A stretch of DNA of 63,549 bases from a virus (lineage: Duplodnaviria; Caudoviricetes). The stretch covers positions 1 through 63,549 of IMG/VR virus record IMGVR_UViG_3300036861_000361; one strand, 5' to 3'. The position numbers were made by a program, and so were the translations under genes. The notes below the pieces were generated by a model that saw only the letters and a program-made list of their open reading frames with translations, was not told the origin of the DNA and did no database searches. This document shows, piece after piece, positions 40,545 to 50,865 of this stretch. How positions within the stretch are numbered: the first letter of the stretch is position 1; every line of letters begins with the position of its first letter.

Positions 40545-41068
40545 TTGGTTTCTCCAGTTATAAGTGAAGCTACATTGCCCATGATTCCCGTACCGGGATA
40601 AAGATCAACAACATCATCGCCCTCTTGCACATTCAACAGTTCTAAAATCCAGCGACATACTTTCTCAGGTTTCGCGCCGACTAAACCTTTCTTCAGTGTG
40701 ATCGGTTCAACAATGAAATCTTTCGGCGTGTTTTGCTTACCGTTGCGCTCTGGCGGTGCATGTTTAAATCCATTGCTGGGATTACGGCCACCGCGAAAGA
40801 TAATCGGCTCCCAAGCGTAAGCAGGCCGCACTCCTTTCTTGAATGCGCAGAATGACTTCACCCATGCGGCGATGCGAACATCAGGAGGACAGAGTGGCAA
40901 AATAACTTTCAAACTAGGCGAGCTGGCAGACAATGCCCAACCATCGGGAAACTCAGATTGCAATCGTGCAATCAATTCCACGTGGTCTACCTCGGCGCAG
41001 AGCGGATCGTGGCTGTAATGCCGCTTAGCTTGGCCGATATACGGCGGGTCTGCGTAGGCAAATCTCAT
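40541..41068 (-). CDS. DNA amino-methyltransferase
   Basis: YADPPY, AKP, DLYPGTG. Confidence 0.8.
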   Translation of the reverse strand: MRFAYADPPYIGQAKRHYSHDPLCAEVDHVELIARLQSEFPDGWALSASSPSLKVILPLCPPDVRIAAWVKSFCAFKKGVRPAYAWEPIIFRGGRNPSNGFKHAPPERNGKQNTPKDFIVEPITLKKGLVGAKPEKVCRWILELLNVQEGDDVVDLYPGTGIMGNVASLITGETK

Positions 41069-42643
41069 TTCACTTCTCTCGCACCCTGTTCGTAGGCTTC
41101 GTCATCACTTGAATCCAGAGTGGAAGTAGTTGGCTTCATTTCAATATCTCAGCCATTAAAACCATGATGTGCGCACAAGCCTTTGCACGAATTGCCAGCG
41201 GCCAATCTTTAGCGGCCCAAATATGATCATGGGCATGTAGTAAGGTAGTAAACGCTGATTGATCAACTTTCACGACTTCCCTTCTTTCAACATCCATTCG
41301 AGCATTTCGATCTCGGTTGTTGCCGAAAGCATTTGCTCTAAGACAACTTTCCGAAACCCTGCATCGCCAGTTGCCTTGCCATCAGGAATCAGCAACATGT
41401 CGCGGCGGCCTTCGTAGAAATCCCTCGATTCTTCCAACCGCTTTTTGATTTCATCTTGAGTTTTCATAGTTGCCCCCCGTAGGCTTCGTCATAGTTGGGA
41501 TCAGGTTTAGTCATACTCCTCCGCTCAGCACCGATTTGTCTCTGGTAATGCCTCCCACTCAGCTTTTGAAATTGTTTCATAGCGAATCTCAATTTCTTCT
41601 CGTTCGGCAATGGGCTTGTGTGCCTGATTACGGAGACATCGATCAGTGTTGTCAATAGCATCCTCGCGATCACGACAGAACAACTCATTACCACTTTTGC
41701 TATGTTTTAGAACTACAGCTCTCATTCCCCCTCCTCGGTTTTATCTGGTGAATCAGTTTTCATGGTTGCTCCTTGACACGCTTGTGTACCTTCCGGCCCA
41801 ATATCCTCGTTTCCATGTTATGAACGAGTCATTAGTGATTACTGGTTGTCCGCGCCGATCCCATTCTTCGGCAATTCCTGCACAAGAAACACCATCGCCT
41901 TGCAAACCACGTTCATAGCCAGACTGAAAGTCCGTATTAGTCTGATTCTCTGGAGCATCAGGAAAATATGACTTGCCGTCCATCTTTGACATCGCAGCCA
42001 ATATTGAATACTCCGGTGAATCAGTTTCAGTTGACATGGCTAACCTCTACACTTTCAAGTATCCACTTACCCATTTCCCCTGTTAGCATATTTAGCCGTT
42101 CGAAGTCCGCGAATTCATCGGCAAGCACTTGCCAGTAACGATAACGTGGGCCAAATGGTCGCCCTTCGCGCATAGTGGTTGACGTGTTACCACAATGTTC
42201 ACATTGCCAGCCGTGACCAAGCTCCCCGTTGTCCCACTGAGGCATCCGGCCTACCCACCGCTTGCAGGCATAGCAATGAAGTGTGTAGGACTTGACGAGC
42301 AGTAATTTGAGCGGTTTAGTTGGCATGATTAAAGTCTCCCCTCACTACTTATCCGCTTTCGCCGCTGCCGCTTGACTGAGCACGATCAGTGCATCCTTTA
42401 AGCCTCGTGCGTATTCTGCGAGAGCAAGCTTCTCTGCCGTTTCCCTCACGTTTTCTGGGGTGGAACTGGGTTGGGCGGCCAAGGCGCGAATCGCAGCGAA
42501 TTGTTCCGGGGAAAGTCCGCTGGATCGGTAGCCGCCAGTCGGGGTAAACATTGCCATCCAGCCCTTCGCGGGACGCGGGGATTCAGTCGCTATCCCCGCG
42601 AGGTCTTTGCCTACATTCACAGAATCGTTTTCTGAATCAGTAT

Positions 42644-43015
42644 TCATGGTTTCTCCGAAGTCACTACTTCATCAAACTCGATTTCATTCGGCCATTCGCG
42701 GTCGTCGTAGCCAGTCTCCTTTTCCAGCCATGCATCCCACAACTCTACGATTTCCTCATGCGTTCGCTGCATGATATACATATGCCAACTGTGCCAGCAC
42801 CTTTCTTTTGCTCGCTCCCAATCGTGCTGAAGGCGATCTGCAAGCAACAACCAGATGACGCGCCACGGGCCTCCGTAAATGCGAACTAGAACAGATTGAC
42901 AATATGAAGCAATCAGGAACGGCGGAAATATCTCGGGTTTATTCACTGTCCGTGCCAACGCTTTACAGCGATCTAGATACCAGTCTTTATTTGGCGGCGT
43001 TGCGTTCGGTAACAT
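42644..43015 (-). CDS. Hypothetical protein
   Basis: GAGGAG RBS. Confidence 0.55.
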   Translation of the reverse strand: MLPNATPPNKDWYLDRCKALARTVNKPEIFPPFLIASYCQSVLVRIYGGPWRVIWLLLADRLQHDWERAKERCWHSWHMYIMQRTHEEIVELWDAWLEKETGYDDREWPNEIEFDEVVTSEKP

Positions 43016-43092
43016 TTATTTCTCCTCTGGTGAATCATCCATTACAAATCCTGCGGATTATTTAAGTTAAGGCTGCAAAAACCTCTCGGTGC

Positions 43093-43788
43093 TTACGTTG
43101 CTAATGCCTTTTGTTCGCTGGTATCTTGACCGTGGGCCAGCGCAAGCCCGGTATGCGCGTCACACTTGGGACATGGCGCACCAGCAACGGTGCAACACAG
43201 TTCCGTGTCACAATCACAACCGCAAGTCTCCTCGTTATCGCGGTAAATCTTCTCAAGTTGCTTATAGAGTGACGGCGCAGCCGCAATTAGTCGGGCATTG
43301 GCTTGCCCTTCAATGCCATCTTGGTCTAACGGATAAACCTCAGCTACGGCGTACTTGCCTCTCCGCCGCCCGACTTGCTGCACACAAAAACCTTTGTGGT
43401 TCTCCGATCCAGACAAGAACGGCACGTATCGCCACGGCCCCGGTGTAAACGGAAAGGTTGTTATCCTCGTGTCTCGCGCTGTAGTGCTCTCTATTCTTGC
43501 AGCCTGGGCAAGTGCAGCCGCCTCCGCAAGTGCATTGTGTGATCGTTCAGCGGGAGAATCACCATCCCTGAAATGCGCGGAAAATACCTTCTTCCCGTAA
43601 TCGCTCCAGTGTGCGTTAGTATCGGTAACAATTTGTTTACCTTCAGCGTTCACTCGATATACTGCCCAGCCGTGAAAATGTTGAGTGCGTATCCCGTTGT
43701 AACTCGGCGTTATTGCCACGCCACCACCAGCGGCTCTTAATTGTTGGTAGGTATTTATGATTTCCACTTTGTCCTCAGTTGAATCCAT
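43093..43788 (-). CDS. Hypothetical protein with TPGPW...ANARLIAAAP domain
   Basis: Common phage early-gene motif. Confidence 0.65.
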   Translation of the reverse strand: MDSTEDKVEIINTYQQLRAAGGGVAITPSYNGIRTQHFHGWAVYRVNAEGKQIVTDTNAHWSDYGKKVFSAHFRDGDSPAERSHNALAEAAALAQAARIESTTARDTRITTFPFTPGPWRYVPFLSGSENHKGFCVQQVGRRRGKYAVAEVYPLDQDGIEGQANARLIAAAPSLYKQLEKIYRDNEETCGCDCDTELCCTVAGAPCPKCDAHTGLALAHGQDTSEQKALAT

Positions 43789-44687
43789 TGCTACTCGTTA
43801 TCCGCACGGATGCAGCGGTAGCATAAATCCTGATAGGTCGCATCCCAGTTTGTGGGCTGACCACACTTGGAACAGGAAATTGGAATCCGTTCGTCGTCTT
43901 CATTCTCATCATCAGGGCGATTGTAGCCGTCCCTTACCGCGTCAGCATCAAAGCGCATTGATGGTCTCCTTGGCTGTATTAATTTCAGCCGTAATTCTTG
44001 TCTCAGACATCAAACTCTGGCCCAGGAAGATCAAACTCATCAACTCCTGTTGAAATTGCAGTGGGCACTTCGCGGCTGCTGCTTCACATGCCTCGACCCA
44101 GCGTTGGTTGATGAGTTGGAATTCGGTCGGCGGAGGCGTCGGTGTCTGCTGGCGCTGCTCGTAGTCGTCGGCCCAGCGGCACATTGAGCACCGGCAGGAG
44201 TTGCTGTCGTGGATCACTCGATTCGCAGGTTGGTCAATCTCTTGTATGTATCCCATTGTTACTCCTCTAATAGTGATGGGCATCGCCATTCGACAATCTC
44301 TTTGACGTGCGCCGGGATTACCTTCTCAGGCTGAACATACTCAGGAATCTCTTCGGTTCCGAGCACGATGCGCTCGCAGACCTCGGTGCGACTGAATACA
44401 GCCCGTAATTTGACTGTCCCAAATCGCTTGGTCAGTCGCAGGAATTGTTCATCACCATTTTTTTTCAAAGTTTCCCATCGCACGGGCCATCGCACGAGCA
44501 TGTTCCATGGTATCCCAAGCATAGATGTTGATCTCGCTCTCAAATTCAGACGGCAAGGGAATTTCAGGATGCGCGTCAAGCCACGATAAAAGACTGCGTA
44601 CATCATTGAGAACCTGGGTACGCTGCTCTTGTTTAGTTTGTTCAACTACTGTTTCCATTGTTTGTAACTCCTTTCAAGGTAAATTGG

Positions 44688-44716
44688 ATTATACGCCCTC
44701 TTTACACGGCTGTCAA
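44688..44716 (-). promoter_or_regulatory. Consensus sigma70 promoter (leftward early)
   Basis: TTGACA-17 nt-TATAAT. Confidence 0.85.
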
Positions 44717-44750
44717 CAAATATTTTTGCTACAGTGCGTTTATTTAGTAA

Positions 44751-44781
44751 TTGACAACAGAAATAATTGCGTCTATATTCT
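44751..44781 (+). promoter_or_regulatory. Sigma70-type promoter (rightward, divergent)
   Basis: TTGACA-17 nt-TATATT(CT) just before ATG 44787. Confidence 0.7.
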
Positions 44782-44786
44782 AGCGT

Positions 44787-44978
44787 ATGAAAACCAACGG
44801 TAAACCAATAAACCGCAAAAAGCCTAAAGTCATTGGTGTCTCTCTCTACCCTGGCGACCTAACTGGGTTGAAGAAAATCAAAGACGAACACGGACTGCTC
44901 CATGATACTGAAGCAATCCGGCTGGCTATTCGTGAGACTGTAAGAAGCATCACGATCAAAGAATCACAAGCAGCCTAA
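44787..44978 (+). CDS. Ribbon-helix-helix regulator
   Basis: VIGVSL..L..I......TEAIRLAIRE. Confidence 0.65.
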   Translation: MKTNGKPINRKKPKVIGVSLYPGDLTGLKKIKDEHGLLHDTEAIRLAIRETVRSITIKESQAA

Positions 44979-44998
44979 GCGCGGAGGCTCACCTCTAA

Positions 44999-46057
44999 AT
45001 GTCGTCACTGTTCGATGTGGATGTGCCACACCGGCCAGAGATTGTGCAAGGTGTGTTCCGCGAGGGGCAGATCGTCACGATAGCTGGCGCGTACAACGTT
45101 GGCAAGACTCCCCTGCTGGCCCACATCGCCGTGTGCATCGCTAAAGGGATTCCATGGTGTGGGCGGGCAGTACATAAGCGTCCGGTCATACACATTGATT
45201 ATGAGTCGTCGCTGCCAAACTTCATTCAGACCTATCGTAATATCTCCACCGCCAACTCATTGAAACTGCCGCGCACTCCGCAGGAGATTGATCCTTACTT
45301 GTTGAATGCGGACTTGGTTGACCCAAATACCAAAGCTCTGTTTGAAGTCAAATCCCTTGCCGCAGCCAACACATTTCTGAGGGAGCGGCTAAGTAAGCGA
45401 CCTGATTCCTTAGTGGTCATTGATCCGGTTGAAATGTTTTTCCCTGTGCTCAATCTGGTTAAGCCTGACCACGCACTCGCAATGGTAAAATTCTGGCGGT
45501 CATTGTTCTCAACATTTCCAAAAGCTGCTGTCATGTCATCACACAATCTTCGCAAGCTGGACGTGCGAGCAGCACAAGCACCAGATTTAATTGAAAACGT
45601 CCACGGCTGGCTACGGGAAATCTGTGGCTCCAATAATCTGCTCAATCGCAGCGATGTTCGCATCGGCATGGATCGTAATGGCGAAGATGACGTGCGCTCC
45701 ATAAATGGTATCCGGCGTGGCGAGGACATGCACCCCATGTTGCTACTCCCGATTGAAGTCGATGATGACCCAGAGCGGCTTGGTGGATTCAAGGCAATCA
45801 TCGGTAGCGCAACTGACCTCCGCAAAGTCTTAGGAAGCAAGATGCTGACCTACTATACCAAGCTCCCGGACAGCTTCAGATTTGTCGAAGTAGCTAACAA
45901 CGGCGTACCAAAAACAACGCTATACAGGATTCTGAAAAAGGCAGAAAGTATGGGTTATGTTGTTAATAACAATGGACTTTGGACGAAAACTGCCGATCCT
46001 CATACGCTCCCCTTGGAACCTGCCACAGATTTTGACGATAACTTAGTGATACAGTGA
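44999..46057 (+). CDS. RecA-fold helicase (AAA_25/RepA-like) with C-terminal HTH
   Basis: GAYNVGKT, IDYE, VVIDP, HNLRK, GS. Confidence 0.8.
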   Translation: MSSLFDVDVPHRPEIVQGVFREGQIVTIAGAYNVGKTPLLAHIAVCIAKGIPWCGRAVHKRPVIHIDYESSLPNFIQTYRNISTANSLKLPRTPQEIDPYLLNADLVDPNTKALFEVKSLAAANTFLRERLSKRPDSLVVIDPVEMFFPVLNLVKPDHALAMVKFWRSLFSTFPKAAVMSSHNLRKLDVRAAQAPDLIENVHGWLREICGSNNLLNRSDVRIGMDRNGEDDVRSINGIRRGEDMHPMLLLPIEVDDDPERLGGFKAIIGSATDLRKVLGSKMLTYYTKLPDSFRFVEVANNGVPKTTLYRILKKAESMGYVVNNNGLWTKTADPHTLPLEPATDFDDNLVIQ

Positions 46058-46195
46058 GAGTTAAGTCGGTTCCAAGATGTTTGGAACCTGCTTGGAACCT
46101 TGGCACTGATTCGGTTCCAAGGTTCCAACTCGGTTCCACCCCATTTGGAACCACTTAAACTCTTTATTTATATATATATAGATAGTAGGTTCCAA
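46013..46195. repeat. TTGGAACC iteron cluster with AT-rich tract (candidate origin)
   Basis: 8 perfect copies in both orientations plus one variant; TTTATTTATATATATATAGATA tract. Confidence 0.75.
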
Positions 46196-46347
46196 AATAC
46201 GCACAGTGAGACCCCCTTACTTACTCATCACACACGCCAGGAGCAGAAACAGGAAGCCGCAGATGATCACCAGCGCACAGCCAATGGATGATGCAGCCCC
46301 ACCGGCGTTTCCTATTGCCATGCCAAGCTGCTCTAGCTCTTTGTTTG

Positions 46348-46653
46348 TCATTCGGGAACCTCCAATTCAAACACCAGCGGCTGCACTGCACGACCGGCAT
46401 CGAAGTCGCGGATGAAGGTGCGGGCAGTGGCTGGCAGAGGCGTAGGCATCTGCGCAGAGTGGTAGTAGACACTATAACCATAGTCTGAATAACCAGTCCC
46501 ACGAACATCAGCGACAACCGCCTGTACTGCCCGCGTCACTGGACAGTCACAGAAAGCATGGTAGATGTGACCATGATGAGGGCGGCGGCGTTGCCTTGCT
46601 GACTGTGCAGCTTCAATATCCTCAGCGGTGATGGAGACCTGGATGGTGGTCAT
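46348..46653 (-). CDS. Hypothetical protein
   Basis: GGAGG RBS; ITAEDI..CPV..FIRDFD. Confidence 0.6.
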   Translation of the reverse strand: MTTIQVSITAEDIEAAQSARQRRRPHHGHIYHAFCDCPVTRAVQAVVADVRGTGYSDYGYSVYYHSAQMPTPLPATARTFIRDFDAGRAVQPLVFELEVPE

Positions 46654-47135
46654 TGCTCATCACCTCCCCATTCGGCCTCTGTTGTACACTCAGTATCGTC
46701 GCTGTGCGTCACGCGGCCATCGTCCTCGATCATGTGGAATGGTTCATCGCAGTTGTTGGTGTCGATCCATACTTTCATTTCCGTTCCTTTCTGATGGGCT
46801 GCTGACACTGGGTGCAGCGGTTAGCTTCGTGGTCTGTAGCGGTCAACTCTGCACCGCACTTCTGACAATACTGCGATGGTAGTTCCTCCCAACGTTTCTT
46901 GCTCATTATTTTTGCTTGGGCCATCTGAGTAACCTCCTGGTTCCCGGTTCGATGCGTCTAACACCCGGCTCCCTGGTTTCGTAGTGGGCCATCTGATGCA
47001 GTTCGCCAGGTGCAATCTGATACTGGGTAAACTGGAATTGTTGCCCGCATTCAGCACAGCTCCGATGTCCACTGATGGGGAGTGACAGGTACGGGTGCTT
47101 GCAGGACAGGCCGAGCCACTGCTTGAGACGTTTAC

Positions 47136-47480
47136 TCATGCTGCTGCTTTCCTGTCTCGCCTGACGTTCACGATGCACAGATCACATAATCGCTCCGGTT
47201 CATAGCCGCGCATCTTCAGTGTGCGGTCATAAGGTGATTCGCAATGCTCGCATCTGAGCAAGACTTCTAATGCTTTGTTGTTGTCGCGCAAGAGACTGCG
47301 AGCTTCCTCTACAATCTGAGCATCAGTTCTGAACGTCCTCAGATGCAGGTAAAACCGTTGCGGCACGATGAAACCATTGCGCTCGTTGATCATCTCCGCG
47401 TACATAGCCCTGAGCGCGTCGCCCTGAGCGTGAGACGTGCCAACCTTGTGACACGCTTTCTTAGCTTCTCGGAAGTTCAT
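47136..47480 (-). CDS. Hypothetical protein with CxxC pairs
   Basis: AAGGAG RBS. Confidence 0.6.
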   Translation of the reverse strand: MNFREAKKACHKVGTSHAQGDALRAMYAEMINERNGFIVPQRFYLHLRTFRTDAQIVEEARSLLRDNNKALEVLLRCEHCESPYDRTLKMRGYEPERLCDLCIVNVRRDRKAAA

Positions 47481-47782
47481 TGAGTCTCCTTATTGTTTAA
47501 CATCGTTAGCTTTGCACAGAATTGACGCTGCAGCCTTTGGGCATGGTAACAGCCGCACCCGTTGTCAATCGCCACAGCTAGCCATAATTACGTCGCAGAC
47601 AGCCTATAGTGGCTCGCTACCCTCACCATCTACCAGTCTGAGCGCGGCGCATGCCTCGTTTGCCGGTCGGCTATGGCGACGACCTCCCGGTTACTTGAAA
47701 CTGTTGGAGACCCGCCCCGGCTTAACACCTTGCGGCATCAAATCTGTTTCCAGACGCGGAGACCGGAGCAGGTCATAAACTG

Positions 47783-48235
47783 TTAGTTGACGCGATAGAT
47801 GAAGTATTCGCCCTCTTCATTCTCTTCGCCATCATAGCTGGACATAAAGTGACCACGACCATCTGCGCTGATTGCTGACTCAACAAACGAGTCAATGTCA
47901 TCAATGCAGGAAGCTATCGCGTCGTTATTGCTTTCACACTTGCCGTTGTTTTGTATAGCCTCGAATACAGATTCATCAATGCCGGTCTCGCCGCTCAGGA
48001 ACGACGCATTGAACGCCCAAAGGGAATCTTTGATGTAGTCTGCCGCTCGCTGGTCTGCCTCATCGTCAGTGAGTACCATGTATTCGCCGCCTTCGGCATC
48101 AAAGGTATTCTCGCCGTAGGACGCTTCGCTTATGTCGTCAACGTCGCACTCAAGATGCACAGCAAGAGCGGCAATGCGAGCTTCAGTGTCAGTCAGATCA
48201 GTCTCTTCAATTTTGTTTTCCATGATTGTCTCCAT
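47783..48235 (-). CDS. Highly acidic hypothetical protein
   Basis: D/E-rich; DGRGHF..YDG.E motif. Confidence 0.7.
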   Translation of the reverse strand: METIMENKIEETDLTDTEARIAALAVHLECDVDDISEASYGENTFDAEGGEYMVLTDDEADQRAADYIKDSLWAFNASFLSGETGIDESVFEAIQNNGKCESNNDAIASCIDDIDSFVESAISADGRGHFMSSYDGEENEEGEYFIYRVN

Positions 48236-48288
48236 TTGGGTGTCCCTGACAGAAGGTGCTATCAGTCACTTTGCCGTGCACTTTGTAT

Positions 48289-48513
48289 TCATTCTCCATC
48301 GTTGAATCCTCCAAACTGGGCTGGGATACTTGCGGCTGCTTGCTTGCCCTTCTCAAATGCATCAGCATCGTTTGTCGCATAGAATTCTCGTGCTCTGACC
48401 ATTGAAGGACTGAAATTATCACGATTGGCATCGAACGTTCCGCGATGTACAACGACATGATCGCCTGTCTGTGGATACGCTGGCCGATAATGTTCAAAGG
48501 TATAGATTTGCAT
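48289..48513 (-). CDS. Hypothetical protein
   Basis: GAGGAG RBS. Confidence 0.55.
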   Translation of the reverse strand: MQIYTFEHYRPAYPQTGDHVVVHRGTFDANRDNFSPSMVRAREFYATNDADAFEKGKQAAASIPAQFGGFNDGE

Positions 48514-48766
48514 GGTAGTCTCCTCTCAATTTTGAAATGCAGGATTCCGTCCCAGCTTGCGATACACTACGCACAGAAATATGGCGAGGTAGATTAGTTC
48601 CATGCTCAGCCTCGCAGTCTCTGTGATAACGGTATCCAGTTCGGATTAGCTTTCAGCATTGCTCTGACAATCGCTATCTCTTGTCGCTGTGCTCGATTGA
48701 AACCGCGTGAAGTCTTAGCGACCAAGTGCAAGATTGTCTTACCCTGCAGATCTTTAATTGTGATGC

Positions 48767-49042
48767 TCATAGTTGTGTCTCCGCATCAATGGCTAGCCAT
48801 AATGCTTTATCTGAGAAGTCAACGTCCGTGTGACGTTTGCGAAACCATTTGAATACGTAGGATAGGCGAGTATGCCGATTGTGGCTCTCAACTCTGCTAA
48901 GGTGCCAAAGAACGTTAATGTCGGCCTTCTCAGTATTGGTAAGATCGGCCTTCCGAAAACCTTTGACCTTAATTGGGCCTACGATGTAGTGTCCATCGGT
49001 CGCGTGGTTCAATGTGCAAATGTCACAGCATTCAGCTTCCAT
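48767..49042 (-). CDS. Hypothetical protein
   Basis: GAGGAG RBS. Confidence 0.55.
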   Translation of the reverse strand: MEAECCDICTLNHATDGHYIVGPIKVKGFRKADLTNTEKADINVLWHLSRVESHNRHTRLSYVFKWFRKRHTDVDFSDKALWLAIDAETQL

Positions 49043-49581
49043 TGCTATCTCCTCTTTTACTGTTTCGGTTTCAATTAGTCGCGGTCATCCCATGCGGCAG
49101 GACCACAATCGATATAGCGAGCATGTTGCTCTGCTCGTGATGCCTTGCATGGCTTTCGAGTATTACGCGAAAAGATTGCGTTATAGAGAGCCTGCTCACG
49201 CGGCTTGCCATGTAAATTGCTCTGAACAGTACGGCGAGTGCGCTCTTTTGCACAACGTTTACAATCGCAATCTATGATGTAGCTATGCTTTGACATAGGT
49301 GTCTCCTTCATCCTTTCGGTTTCAATTCTCGCCGTGGTGCTAGTAATTCCAGGGATGCTCAATGCGGTCAACGCACTTGTAGTGCTTACGCAAAGCGCGA
49401 ACGGTGATATCAACTGTGCTTTTCCACGAGACGCCATTAACGCGGGCTATATAGACAAACCCTAAGATTCGTCCTATTCGTGTGCGGGCATCATCGTATC
49501 GTTGCATTGAGCGGTATTTTTCAAGTGTCATAAACATGATAGGTTCTCCTTTGGAGTATGTTCCGCGCCATGCGGTAAGGG

Positions 49582-49701
49582 TTACTTATCTTTGTCCCAG
49601 TTCACAGAGTGACAGTGCTTGTTCGGGCAAACCTTTGGCCGCTCCTCAGTGCGCGGAATCCAGGTATGCCCGCATCGTTTACATGTTTGCTTCCGTATCA
49701 T
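49582..49701 (-). CDS. 39-aa zinc-ribbon microprotein, paralog of 38533..38643
   Basis: MIRKQTCKRCGHTWIPRTEERPKVCPNKHCHSVNWDKDK; TGTTATAGT 7 nt upstream. Confidence 0.7.
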   Translation of the reverse strand: MIRKQTCKRCGHTWIPRTEERPKVCPNKHCHSVNWDKDK

Positions 49702-49821
49702 GGGACGGACTATAACACGGACTATAATACGCTTGTCAAGAGGTAAATGTAAAATACTTGCAACCCATTTCGTGTAGCATAGTGACAACCCCTCCCCACT
49801 TGCGCTATACTGGCAACCACC

Positions 49822-50343
49822 ATGCGCGCCAAGCAACCACAAGTAGTTGAGCCACAAGAGTTTACCTATGTATGTGAGGACGAATTCAGTGGCGACGATG
49901 CGACGGTTTCAAGAAAGCGTGACTTTATTACCGCGTACCATGAGCACGGCACTGTCTATCATGCGGCCATAGTTGCTGGAATTCACCGCGCTACTGTTTG
50001 GAAGTGGATCGAGAAGGACCCACTATTCGCTCAGGCTTATAAGGACTCTCACGAGGACTGCGCCGATGACATAGAGACCAGCGTATTCAAGCGTGCCAAG
50101 ACCGATAGTCTCCTGGCGATGTTCTATCTCAAGGCCAAGCGGCCAGCATTCAGGGACAAGCTAGCTATCGATGTACCCACTATACAGAATCAGGTTAAGG
50201 AGTTTATGCAGCAACTACTCAGCAGTCATGCTACTAATGTTGACAACCATCACGATGCAATTCGCACCGACGCATCACAGAACAAAAGAGAGCAACTACT
50301 ACTGTCACCGGCCACCACCAATGGTGATGATAGTCCATCATAG
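49822..50343 (+). CDS. Terminase small subunit
   Basis: HTH (AGIHRATVWKW..DP.F), DSLLAMFYLKA.RP; upstream of TerL. Confidence 0.8.
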   Translation: MRAKQPQVVEPQEFTYVCEDEFSGDDATVSRKRDFITAYHEHGTVYHAAIVAGIHRATVWKWIEKDPLFAQAYKDSHEDCADDIETSVFKRAKTDSLLAMFYLKAKRPAFRDKLAIDVPTIQNQVKEFMQQLLSSHATNVDNHHDAIRTDASQNKREQLLLSPATTNGDDSPS

Positions 50344-50360
50344 CACAACAAGGCCCACTA

Positions 50361-50487
50361 CACATGGGCCACTTGGGCCTACTACATACAGTATAGACCA
50401 TAGTCAACCACTACAATATAGTGTGAGTCCGATAATGCCCATTGTGTTAAGGCTTGTGTCATGCGTTGCACATGGGCCACTTGGGCC
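50361..50487. repeat. 19-bp direct repeat
   Basis: CACATGGGCCACTTGGGCC at 50361-50379 and 50469-50487. Confidence 0.85.
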
Positions 50488-50865
50488 AATGAATCATTAC
50501 GATCACGGCGACGACCCCCGGTAGCCGGGAGTTGGGCCTTCGAGTCCTGGAAGTCGGGTTGCCTCACAGTCTACAATTTGCCAATTTTTGAAAATTTTAA
50601 CTTTTGGTGAAAACAAAAAGGACTACTGCGAGTGACCCCAGTTAGAGTAGACTGTGGCTCGCATGATTGAAGTCTACTCACTCGACACTGAAGTTTTAGT
50701 TGATGGTGAAATTCCTGCTGTAATTAGAGCCGTCACAATTTACTCCACAGACTGGGTGAAGTATCTCTGCGTCTGGTGGGACGAGCGCAATCGCAAGGAA
50801 TAATGGTTGGCACCAAACGAATTCACTGTTAAGGAACCACATAAATCGCAGGTCAAGTTTATCTA

